From Promethearchaeota archaeon (GTDB taxonomy: Archaea; Asgardarchaeota; Lokiarchaeia; Sigyniarchaeales; SOKP01), in assembly GCA_048937405.1 (NCBI GenBank), contig JBHLNF010000007.1:1-64000 (forward strand): DNA of 64,000 bases, in the 5' to 3' direction. The translations under genes were made by a program, and so were the position numbers. How positions within the stretch are numbered: the first letter of the stretch is position 1; the number at the start of each line of letters is the position of its first letter. This document shows, piece by piece, positions 51,901 to 60,208 of the stretch. Under the pieces are notes generated by a model. That model did not search any database, was not told the DNA's origin, and saw nothing but the letters and a program-made list of their open reading frames with translations.

Positions 51901-52464
51901 ATATAATTTTACTTCTTCAACATACCTACCAATCTCCCCCTCAGTTGCTTCATATTTGGGAAGATTTGATTTCTTTCTAACATAATCTGCTATTAATACA
52001 CATAATGCCGTAGTTGTACCTCCTGCAGCTCTAATTGGTCCAGCAAAATATAATGATAAATATTTTTTTCCAAAATTATCTTTCCGGATTAAAATCTTAG
52101 AAATACCTTCAAGTGGAGCACTAACAACTCCCATCGTTTTAATAGCTAATCCTACTCTAATAGCTCGGTCCACTCGAGCTTCTAATGATTCAATATTTCC
52201 AATATTTTTATCTAATATATCACCAACTACTTTAAAAATTAGTTCATCTTCGGTTAAGCCATCTTTTTTTAAACCTCTTATTACTTTTGCTACACCTTTT
52301 GGTCCTACTAACTTCTCTACCCTTCCTGCTAAATCTTTTGCTTGAGGTGATTCCACTTCTAATTCAGGATCTAATCCTTTCTGACGTGCTCTTTCTGCAA
52401 TAGAATAACACTCATCTACTTGCTTTTGAATCTGATTAAAGTACAATTCCATCGTTTTACTCAT
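48952..52464 (-). CDS. polC: DNA polymerase D large subunit DP2
   Basis: GPIRAAGGT, RMGRPEK, HAAKRRNCDGDED, Zn fingers; no intein seen. Confidence 0.98.
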   Translation of the reverse strand: MSKTMELYFNQIQKQVDECYSIAERARQKGLDPELEVESPQAKDLAGRVEKLVGPKGVAKVIRGLKKDGLTEDELIFKVVGDILDKNIGNIESLEARVDRAIRVGLAIKTMGVVSAPLEGISKILIRKDNFGKKYLSLYFAGPIRAAGGTTTALCVLIADYVRKKSNLPKYEATEGEIGRYVEEVKLYDRRVHLQYPSSTKEIRYAVSKLPVEINGDSTEDEEVSAFRDLPRIETNKIRGGACLVLNDGILLKAPKLLKIANSMNLEGWDWLADLKKIAQNQETKKEKKQVNKQKEIKIAPNSKYIADIIAGRPVFSNPSEIGGHRIRYGRSRDTGLAAGGMHPATMALLDEFVAIGTQLRIERPGKSTSICPVNYIAGPIIKLKNGNVIKILSVKKAKAVFQEVEEILFLGDLLFSYGEFTENNHILIPSGYVEEWWALELENSLNKEEIIDEKLKKLIKNPFKNIPTAQETIKISKKYDIPLHPYYLDFWGNLTVAELVTLRKAFIKSFSELEQLIILENEEPIKKILEKAFIPHKIKENKITFSKSMNLIYKTIFNLKDKDAKKIENVDDVFNYFYLVSSFKIKNKAPYFMGSRMGRPEKSEKKSMKGIHALFPLSNAVGSTRLFEKAMEYNGKKENEIELESKKGKSFNIGNKENVVKSGKIRIEVCRKKCPNCGKSTIFNICPSCGTHTELQKICSQCKILYPTYETYCQKCNSILKTSNEAKFNIKEQINQVLENLNVQLPDRLKGIIGLTNEYKVPEPIEKGILRAKNEVLVYKTAEIRYDATDIPLTHFKPKEIGTSINTIKTLGYDKDIKGNLLKDDNQILELKVQDIILSDDCAEYFIKIAKFLDDELELFYHMKPFYNVSDRNDLIGHLVVGLAPHTSAGIVGRIIGFTPARSIYAHPFWHAAKRRNCDGDEDGVMLLLDPLLNFSRHYLPSKIGGRMDATLVIGTKIDPNEIDIEAHNIDTLQKYPLEFYKATERYCSPSEIENIMELVKSHLGTPNQYENIGFNIPTDNINEGPITSAYKLYETMDDKIDAQIHLARIIKAVNAKKVAEKILTTHFNPDILGNLRKFSVQGFRCVKCNEKFRRPPLSNGGKCPKCGNRVILTVNRGGIEKYIPRALDLCDNFNLDDYTKQRMVLIEEYVESLTNNPKLKQHKLSDFF

Positions 52465-52582
52465 ATCTGAAATAAAATTTTCACCTTTTGAAGTTGAGAA
52501 AATTTAAAATAATAATGTTTTGAGTTAATATACTTTTTTTCTGATTAAAATTAAATTGAATTATTAATCAGCTATTTTATTA

Positions 52583-54032
52583 GTGAACTACACACAGCCT
52601 AAAGGCTGTGGCTTCCTACGAGTGCACAACCGCTTCTATTACGGGTTGGCCTGTATGTCGTAGAAAACCATTCCATTGTGAGAGGAATGATTCCTCGTTC
52701 ACGGAGGATTCATGCGATAAGAAATCGAATTTATGTTTCTCTGACAAAAACCGGATCATGATATTGATTGCTGAGTTGAGATCTCGGTCAATACGATTTC
52801 CACAGTCACAAGTAATACTTCTCTCGAAAATTACCCTCTTTTCGAGCTTTCCACATTTACAGCAAGCTCTTGTGGTCTTGGATTCATCAATTCTTATTAC
52901 TTTTTTACCTATTTTTTCCGCTTTGTAGGTTAAGAATTCGACAAATCGTGACAAGTAGCCTGTGTTGTGAACCGAATGGTTGAGTGTGTTATTTAATCTA
53001 TTTTTTTTAGCATTACCCGTTCCTTTCTTCTTTTGAGCCATCTGTTTTACTTTTAAGTCTCCAACAATAATCGTATTCGCTTTAGTATTAGATACAATTT
53101 GGTTTGAGAGCCAATGCTGGAAATCTTTCAGCTGATAAGAGCATTTTTTAATCATCCGAAGCAGTTTTGAATTATACCATTGCCATTTATTACTGTATCT
53201 CTTACAATGATCTCGTTTTGAGTGTACTTCTTCTATCTTTTTTTTCCAATAGAGGTCTACTCTTCTGTGAGTGAATTGCACTGAGTTTCTAGAAAGGTTT
53301 ACCCCGACTGTTTGGTTTATTCCTAAATCAAATGCTTGATATGAGCGATTATCATGATATTCAGGTACTTTGACATCGTATGTGAGGGAAATATACCATC
53401 TCTCATCAGACTGAAAAAGTTCTGCTTGCTTAATAGTCCCTTGAGGAATGAGATGAGATGGAACTTCAAATTCAAGCACTATGTTTGAAGGATGTTTATG
53501 AGAGAAGAGGATTGAACTCTCTTGTAATTTAAAGCCAGACTGATTATAACAAAGGGTGGTGAAATACTTCTTCCCTTTAAATCGGGGGGGTTTTGCATCT
53601 TTATCTCCCTTTTTCCATAGCACAAAGAAGGATTTATAGTTTGCCTCGAGTTTTTTCAGTATTGTTTGGAGAACCTTCGAATATACCCACTTATATTCGG
53701 GAAATTTCTCTTTTAACTCCGGTAATGCTCTTGATTGAATAAGATAATCAATATAATGACGTTTTTCTCGTAGAAGATTCTCATTTTTGTGCCAATTTTC
53801 CATTCGTTCCGCTAACGCAAAATTATATAAAAGACGGCATTTCTCCGATAAGATCCAAAGAAGGAGTTCTTGCCTTTTATTTGGGAATATCCTAATTCTA
53901 TGCGTTAGTTTCATTTCTGTAATGATAGTACACCACAAATTAAAAAAGAGGAGTGTATCATTATTTAGTGATTTTCTCTTCATACGTAATTTATCCCTTC
54001 TCTAAAGGGAAGTGTATTTTTGAGCTTTTCTG
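52583..54032 (-). mobile_element. IS200/IS605-family (IS1341-like, TnpB-only) element
   Basis: Right end GAAGCCACAGCCTTTAGGCTGTG..GTAGTTCAC; left-end TCCCTT/AAGGGA hairpin preceded by TTTAT; no tnpA. Confidence 0.85.
52616..53914 (-). CDS. tnpB: RNA-guided endonuclease TnpB
   Basis: HTH start MKLTHRIRIFP, PRFK, AFDLG, IVGDL, IDESKTTRACCKCG, DRDLNSAINI; ATG 53914 preferred over 53983. Confidence 0.95.
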   Translation of the reverse strand: MKLTHRIRIFPNKRQELLLWILSEKCRLLYNFALAERMENWHKNENLLREKRHYIDYLIQSRALPELKEKFPEYKWVYSKVLQTILKKLEANYKSFFVLWKKGDKDAKPPRFKGKKYFTTLCYNQSGFKLQESSILFSHKHPSNIVLEFEVPSHLIPQGTIKQAELFQSDERWYISLTYDVKVPEYHDNRSYQAFDLGINQTVGVNLSRNSVQFTHRRVDLYWKKKIEEVHSKRDHCKRYSNKWQWYNSKLLRMIKKCSYQLKDFQHWLSNQIVSNTKANTIIVGDLKVKQMAQKKKGTGNAKKNRLNNTLNHSVHNTGYLSRFVEFLTYKAEKIGKKVIRIDESKTTRACCKCGKLEKRVIFERSITCDCGNRIDRDLNSAINIMIRFLSEKHKFDFLSHESSVNEESFLSQWNGFLRHTGQPVIEAVVHS

Positions 54033-54094
54033 ATAAATTTTAAGAGAATGCTAATTTTCTACAGTGTCTTCTTATAAATAAAAAAAATGTTCTT

Positions 54095-55957
54095 TTGTTA
54101 ATAATAAATGATTTAATTACATTTTTCAATACTTATTATAATTGCATTTCAGCAAGTAGAAAATTGAAAGTTAATAATTTGAATGAAAAAGCAATTCTTA
54201 TCCTAGAATTGGTTAAATCTGGTATTAATGTAACTCCATCAATTTTAGATTTTTTCCTAAAATTAGATGATCCTGTAAAAAAAATTAAATCAGTGATTAA
54301 AAATATCAGTTTTTTGCCTGATTTTAATAGTCATCTTACAATTGATGTTTTACAAAAAATATCTGATGAGGAAATGCAAAAGGCACTGCAAAAAGTGCTT
54401 AAAAAAGATACAGATTCGAAAATAATTAAGAAGGAAAAAGAAATATCTGGTGAAAATAATCAAGTAACAACTTCACCGAATATAAAATCCCCAGTAAAAT
54501 CTAAATTAAAAATAAATAGTAATTCTTTAGAATATTCAAATTATAATAATTATTTAGAAAATCAAGTGGATTCTTTAAATCTAATTAATACTAAAATAAA
54601 AACACCCCCCTCCCCAATTAAAAAAGTTTCAGAAATAAAGTCTATTGAAGGATCAAAATCAACACTTAGATTTAAACCTATAGCAAAAGATTATGATTCA
54701 AATTTTAAGATTTTAAAAGATCCTACAGGTAAATTATATACAAATGGAGATTTTGAAGATTTTTATAATTTAACTCTTGATAAATTTAACAGACTTCGGA
54801 ATTTAATGAGAAAAAAACCAGAAGTACTTTCTGCGAATAATATAAATAATATCTTACGATTAACGAATAAAGTTGAAGTTTCTGTAATTGGATTGGTAAA
54901 TGAAATTCGGAAAACTAAAAATAAAAATTTCTTTCTGACAATAGAAGATCTTACTGGTTCGGTTAGTGTCATTATCCGAAAAGATTCAGAAAATCAAGAA
55001 AATGTACATCTATCAAATAGGTTGATTAATGATCAAATGGTTTATATTGAAGGAACTTTCAATCCTGGTGAAAGAGGAAGAAATGGAGTTATTTATTGCA
55101 ATTATATTTCTAAAATTGATGTTCCAAAAAATTATGAACCAAATAAGTCACACGATCCATTATCTCTTGTTCTAATTTCTGATACTCACATTGGTAGCAA
55201 AGAATTCGAAGAAAAATTATGGAACCGATTTATTAATTTCCTGAATGGGAAAGTAGGAAATAAATCTCAAAGAGAAAAAGCAGGTAGAATTAAATATATA
55301 ATAATTAACGGTGATCTTGTTGATGGAATAGGTGTATACCCTACCCAACAAAGTGATCTTATAATATCAGATATATACAAACAATTTGAAGAAGCAGCAA
55401 AACTTCTTTCAGGAATCCCAGATCATATAAAAATATTTTTTAGTTCTGGAAATCATGAACCAGTAAGAAATGCAATTCCAAGGCCCTCAGTACCAAAGAA
55501 GTATTCCTTAGAACTTCGAAATCAGGAAGTTACTTGTGTAGGCAATCCTTCTATTATTCAAACACACAATGTCAAAACACTAGTATTTCATGGAGACAGT
55601 ATACTCGATTTAAATATGTTAATACCTGGTCTAGAAAATAATAAACCAGTAGATACAATGAAAGAATTACTCATATGTCGACATTTAGCCCCAATTTATG
55701 GAAAGAAAACACAAATAGCTCCTGTAGACAAAGATTGGCTTGTAATAGATAAAATCCCTGATATTTTTCATACAGGGCATGTTCATATTAATGGTATGGG
55801 GTCATATTGCAACATTGTCTTAGTAAATTCAGGATGCTTTCAAAGTCAAACAGAATTTATGAACTCCTTAGGTATTAAACCTACTCCTGGTATTTTATCT
55901 ATTATTGATTTGGATACTCTTAAAGGTACTCAATTAGACTTAAAAAGTAGTGTTTAA
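54095..55957 (+). CDS. polB: DNA polymerase D small subunit DP1 (true start probably ~54164-54179)
   Basis: OB domain IEDLTG; SDTHIGS, GDLVDG, GNHE, FHG, HLAP, GHVH. Confidence 0.96.
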   Translation: MLIINDLITFFNTYYNCISASRKLKVNNLNEKAILILELVKSGINVTPSILDFFLKLDDPVKKIKSVIKNISFLPDFNSHLTIDVLQKISDEEMQKALQKVLKKDTDSKIIKKEKEISGENNQVTTSPNIKSPVKSKLKINSNSLEYSNYNNYLENQVDSLNLINTKIKTPPSPIKKVSEIKSIEGSKSTLRFKPIAKDYDSNFKILKDPTGKLYTNGDFEDFYNLTLDKFNRLRNLMRKKPEVLSANNINNILRLTNKVEVSVIGLVNEIRKTKNKNFFLTIEDLTGSVSVIIRKDSENQENVHLSNRLINDQMVYIEGTFNPGERGRNGVIYCNYISKIDVPKNYEPNKSHDPLSLVLISDTHIGSKEFEEKLWNRFINFLNGKVGNKSQREKAGRIKYIIINGDLVDGIGVYPTQQSDLIISDIYKQFEEAAKLLSGIPDHIKIFFSSGNHEPVRNAIPRPSVPKKYSLELRNQEVTCVGNPSIIQTHNVKTLVFHGDSILDLNMLIPGLENNKPVDTMKELLICRHLAPIYGKKTQIAPVDKDWLVIDKIPDIFHTGHVHINGMGSYCNIVLVNSGCFQSQTEFMNSLGIKPTPGILSIIDLDTLKGTQLDLKSSV

Positions 55958-55996
55958 TTATTCTTCTTAAATATTTAAATCAATAATAATTATGTT

Positions 55997-56680
55997 ATGA
56001 ATTTTTCAATTCCTCGTAATGACAATTCAGAAATGCTCTTTTATATTTGGAAAATAATTGATTTTCCAAGTATCTCACAAAATGAGTTGTTATATAAAAT
56101 TTCTTTTGAATTATTCCTTTTTACTCCTGATGAAGCAAAAATATTCATTGAAGAATGTATCCAAAATAAGATCCTTGAAAAGGATGATAATGAATCCCTT
56201 AAATTATCAAAAACTCTAAACAAAAAATTTCAAACTTGGCAAATAGATAGGAAAAATTCAATTTTAAAAAAAATTAGTGTTACTAAAGAAATTACTCAAC
56301 AGCAGAATGATACTGATGATAATAAAACTACAAATTTCAATGTATTAATTAATAGTTTTACTGACAGAGCAACATTGAATAGATCTGTTTCAATATCTGA
56401 TACTTCATTTGAACTATTAGAATATGATACTAATAAAGGCATAATTAAATCAAAAGTAAAAGGAACAAAAGAGGAACAATACATAATAGAAATAAATACT
56501 AATGAAAAAATTCTACGGCATAATTGCCACGATTTTAAGACAAGAAGAGCAGATAATAAAAAATTTTGTAAGCATCTAGCAAAATTGTTTATATTATTAA
56601 AAAACAAGAATAAGAATACCGCAGAATTCTTTCTTAACAATATTGCAGAAAATATAGATAAATGGGATTTTTCTGCTTAA
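55997..56680 (+). CDS. DUF2240-like N-terminal domain plus SWIM-type zinc finger
   Basis: ISFELFLFTPDEAK..I pattern; VKG...Y.I.I...HNCHDF...FCKHL. Confidence 0.7.
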   Translation: MNFSIPRNDNSEMLFYIWKIIDFPSISQNELLYKISFELFLFTPDEAKIFIEECIQNKILEKDDNESLKLSKTLNKKFQTWQIDRKNSILKKISVTKEITQQQNDTDDNKTTNFNVLINSFTDRATLNRSVSISDTSFELLEYDTNKGIIKSKVKGTKEEQYIIEINTNEKILRHNCHDFKTRRADNKKFCKHLAKLFILLKNKNKNTAEFFLNNIAENIDKWDFSA

Positions 56681-57984
56681 ATTAACTTCTTGAATATATT
56701 ATTTTTTAATTTAATCTTGTCAGATTGAATAAAGATTGGTTTATGGTTTAAGATGATTTTAACTTTATCAATCTCCAGTAAGCATTTTTCAATAAGCTCA
56801 ATTTCAATATCTAATTTAATTATCTTAGTTCTTCCGTAATGTCCCATAGATTTAACATCAGCAGAAATTATTCCTGCTAGGGTTAATTCATTAATATAAT
56901 CACTTATCCTTCTCTTAGTTAATTGCCTAACACCAGGTATTAGTCCCCTTATCTCTGAATACACATCATATATATCACCCGAAATAATAATATGGTCTGG
57001 ACTGAATTTTAAAATCAAATAAATCGATGTTAAAACCAATTGTGCCTGCAATGGCATACCTTTTATATATTCAATAATGTAATCGTTTTCTAAATCTCCT
57101 TGGGCGTTCTCTACATGTTTGACTGTTACTATCCTATTTTGAGCTCTTTCAGCTAATTCACCTGCCTTTCTTAACAATTGAAGGGCTTTTCGAGCATCAC
57201 CATGTTCCTTAGCAGCAAGAGCAGCGCATAATGGAATAACCTCCTCCTTTAAAACATTTTCTTGAAAAGCAATTTTTGCCCTTTCAGTTAAAATATCTCT
57301 TAATTCACTAGCATCATATGATGGAAATACAATATGTTCCTCACCAAGACTCGATAGTATTCTCGGGTCCAAGTTTTCTCTAAACTTTAACTTATTTGAA
57401 ATACCTATTATACTGGTTTTACAGTTATCCAGATTCTCATTTAGTCTAGTTAAATCATACAAGATTTCGTTTCCTCCCTTTTTACCAACTAAAATGTCTA
57501 TTTCATCCAAAACTAAAAAACAAATTGAATTCCCAACTTTTGAATCCAATAATCCTAGTAGCTTTTTGAAAATTATATCTTTAGGCAACCCTGTAGGTGG
57601 GATCTTTTCACTTCTCGATATAGTGTTAAAAATATGGGCTAAAATGCGGTATGGCGTTGATACAACATTACAATTAATATAAATCCACCACGGATTAATT
57701 CTGGAATCTTGTTGAGCTAATTTTTGACTCACGTATCTAATAGTGGCAGTTTTTCCTGTACCTGTCATCCCATAACATAAAAAACTTGGAGGTGTATCTC
57801 CTAATAATGCGCAAGCTGTTTTTTCAGCAATATCCCTAATCTGAGTATCACGATGAGGCAAATCTTCAGGAATATATGAAGATTCTAAAGCATCCCTATT
57901 GCTAAAAATTCTTGGTCCTTTAAGATAGTTTTTGTAAAATTTCTCGATATTAAATTGATAATTATTATTTTGATTCTTCAACAA
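56677..57984 (-). CDS. cdc6: Orc1/Cdc6 replication initiator
   Basis: YIP..LPHR, GMTGTGKT, LDEID, HGDARKAL, C-terminal wHTH G.YGRT. Confidence 0.97.
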   Translation of the reverse strand: MLKNQNNNYQFNIEKFYKNYLKGPRIFSNRDALESSYIPEDLPHRDTQIRDIAEKTACALLGDTPPSFLCYGMTGTGKTATIRYVSQKLAQQDSRINPWWIYINCNVVSTPYRILAHIFNTISRSEKIPPTGLPKDIIFKKLLGLLDSKVGNSICFLVLDEIDILVGKKGGNEILYDLTRLNENLDNCKTSIIGISNKLKFRENLDPRILSSLGEEHIVFPSYDASELRDILTERAKIAFQENVLKEEVIPLCAALAAKEHGDARKALQLLRKAGELAERAQNRIVTVKHVENAQGDLENDYIIEYIKGMPLQAQLVLTSIYLILKFSPDHIIISGDIYDVYSEIRGLIPGVRQLTKRRISDYINELTLAGIISADVKSMGHYGRTKIIKLDIEIELIEKCLLEIDKVKIILNHKPIFIQSDKIKLKNNIFKKLI

Positions 57985-58022
57985 TTATAACACCTTTATT
58001 TCATATTTATCATAGATATATT

Positions 58023-58063
58023 TGCACTCGAAATTTTTGAATATTTACTTTATTTCTATTGCA
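58023..58063. promoter_or_regulatory. Inverted pair of mini-ORB-like boxes upstream of cdc6
   Basis: TGCACTCGAAAT (+) and TGCAATAGAAAT (-). Confidence 0.45.
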
Positions 58064-58292
58064 TATTTAAAATTAATTATTAATCTAAAAAATGTTAAAG
58101 CTTTAATAGATAAATTAGACGAATCTTCTCAATAATTTATATTATTATTGTCGGTATTTTAAAAGAATATTATTTATGAAGCAATATTTATTAAATTCCT
58201 ATTAAAAAATTGATTTTTCAATTAAAAAAAGTTTAATTTAATTAACTATTTGTTTAATTATTCTTTTTCTAAATTTAAAGAGATTTATACTT

Positions 58293-59063
58293 TTGCCATC
58301 CGAAAGGAACTTGACAAATATAGAAAAAAAAAATAAAAGAATAGCTTTTATTTTAGCAATAACTTTCGTATGTTTGATTTTAACTAGTTTTCTCCTAATA
58401 ACCTTTTTATTTAAATGGGCAGATTGGATTGCTTTATTAATATTTAGTCTTTTATTGATTTTTCCCGCATATATATCAAACGCTTCAATGGTTATTACCG
58501 GTGGAGGAAATCCTATTGATGGTGGAAGAAATTTCCGAGATGGTAGGAGAATTTTTGGAGATCATAAGACCTGGAATGGATTAAAAGGACCATTATATAT
58601 TGGAATTCCAATATCATTTTTTCTTTTTTTTCTTTTTTTCATGCTTTGGTTGCCTATTAAAGATCTAATATTTGATGCTTTTGCCCATGATCATTATTCG
58701 ATCTATGATAATGTTGAAATTTTTCAATATTATTTTATAGGTGGAGAATTCCCAATAAATTTTCTTGTCTTAATTATAAGAATAATACTTGCATCATATG
58801 GGGCTGCTATAGGGGATCTGATTGGTTCCTTTTTAAAGAGGAGATTTGATATTAAAAGTGGAGCTCCTTTTTGGATTGTAGATCAATTAGATTTCGCGAT
58901 ATTCGCTTTACTGCTTGTTTCAATCCCTGGATTTATCCTACCAGATCTCTTTATTTTACCTGATGTTTTTATTGTAACCTTTTTGATTATTTTAACCCCA
59001 GCAGTTAGTGTAATAGCAAACACATTGGCATATATCATCGGATTAAAAGATGTTCCATGGTAG
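58293..59063 (+). CDS. carS: CDP-archaeol synthase
   Basis: PAYISNA, PIDGG, GDHKTW.G, GDLIGSFLKRR, DQLDF, K.VPW. Confidence 0.95.
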   Translation: MPSERNLTNIEKKNKRIAFILAITFVCLILTSFLLITFLFKWADWIALLIFSLLLIFPAYISNASMVITGGGNPIDGGRNFRDGRRIFGDHKTWNGLKGPLYIGIPISFFLFFLFFMLWLPIKDLIFDAFAHDHYSIYDNVEIFQYYFIGGEFPINFLVLIIRIILASYGAAIGDLIGSFLKRRFDIKSGAPFWIVDQLDFAIFALLLVSIPGFILPDLFILPDVFIVTFLIILTPAVSVIANTLAYIIGLKDVPW

Positions 59064-59080
59064 AGATGTGAAAATTTAGT

Positions 59081-59581
59081 CTAATTTTTGAATTTACACT
59101 TAATTTTCAAAGGTATATTATTATTTTCAAATATAACATATTTTTCAAAAATTTGATTAACTGCTCTAATATAATCTCCATTACGACCGATAGCAATACC
59201 TCTTTCTTTAAAAAATAGAAAATATATAGAAATTTCCCTTGCCCCAGATATCTCATCAAGCTCAATTTTTATATCATCAATATTCAAATCAGGGAATAAA
59301 CTAAACAAAAGATTAATGAGTATTCTTTCTGTTCTGATAATAATAATCTTTCTTAGACTAATTTGTCTTCTCATTGCTTTTAAATGAATTTGAGATTTAA
59401 GATAATCTTTTTTTTTAACAAAAAAGAAGATAAATTCGTTAATTACAATAATAAATTCTGGATATATTCCTTCTGTTTTTTGAGCAAAATATTCACGTAA
59501 TTTTAATTCGAAGTTTGTATATCTTTTTATAAAAGATATTAATTGATATAAAATTAAATCATCAACAATCGTGTAGAACAT
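59081..59581 (-). CDS. KH-domain protein (NusA-like)
   Basis: ERGIAIGRNGDYI GxxG loop. Confidence 0.7.
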   Translation of the reverse strand: MFYTIVDDLILYQLISFIKRYTNFELKLREYFAQKTEGIYPEFIIVINEFIFFFVKKKDYLKSQIHLKAMRRQISLRKIIIIRTERILINLLFSLFPDLNIDDIKIELDEISGAREISIYFLFFKERGIAIGRNGDYIRAVNQIFEKYVIFENNNIPLKIKCKFKN

Positions 59582-59700
59582 ACTACTATGATTTTTTCTA
59601 TTATCAATATAAAGTACTAAGAATTTTATATAATTACAAAAGTGTTATAAAATGTAGATATTAATATATAATAAAAATTCTTCATTAGGATCATCTAAAT

Positions 59701-60138
59701 ATGAAAAAATTCGGGTATAAATTCCTAGATCACACTGCGGATGTTTCAATCGAAAGTTGGGGCTCAAATTTAGAAGAAGCTTTTGAACAAACTGCCTATA
59801 GCTTAATAGAAACAATAACTCCAAACTTAAAATTAATATCTCCTATTACTCACAAAACTATTAAAATTGAAGCAGAGGATAAGGAAGCTTTACTCTTTGA
59901 TTTTCTATCAGAATTCCTCTATATATTTGATGTAGAACTATTAGTTTTCAATGATATCAAAGTCGAAAAAATCAAAAAAAGCCAAACAAAATATCAACTA
60001 ATAGCAAAAATTAAAGGAGAAAAGTTTGATAAAAAAAAACATGAAATAGGTTGTGAGGTAAAAGCGATCACTTATTCTTTTATTAATATTGAGGAAAAAA
60101 AGAATCATGTTAAAATTAATATTGTTTTTGATATCTAA
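59701..60138 (+). CDS. Archease
   Basis: DHTADV, LEEAF, EVKAITY, VFDI. Confidence 0.96.
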   Translation: MKKFGYKFLDHTADVSIESWGSNLEEAFEQTAYSLIETITPNLKLISPITHKTIKIEAEDKEALLFDFLSEFLYIFDVELLVFNDIKVEKIKKSQTKYQLIAKIKGEKFDKKKHEIGCEVKAITYSFINIEEKKNHVKINIVFDI

Positions 60139-60208
60139 AAAAATCATGAATGAAAAGCTTGTTCCAAATTAATAATCTCAACAAGATAATAATATAATAA
60201 AAGATGGG

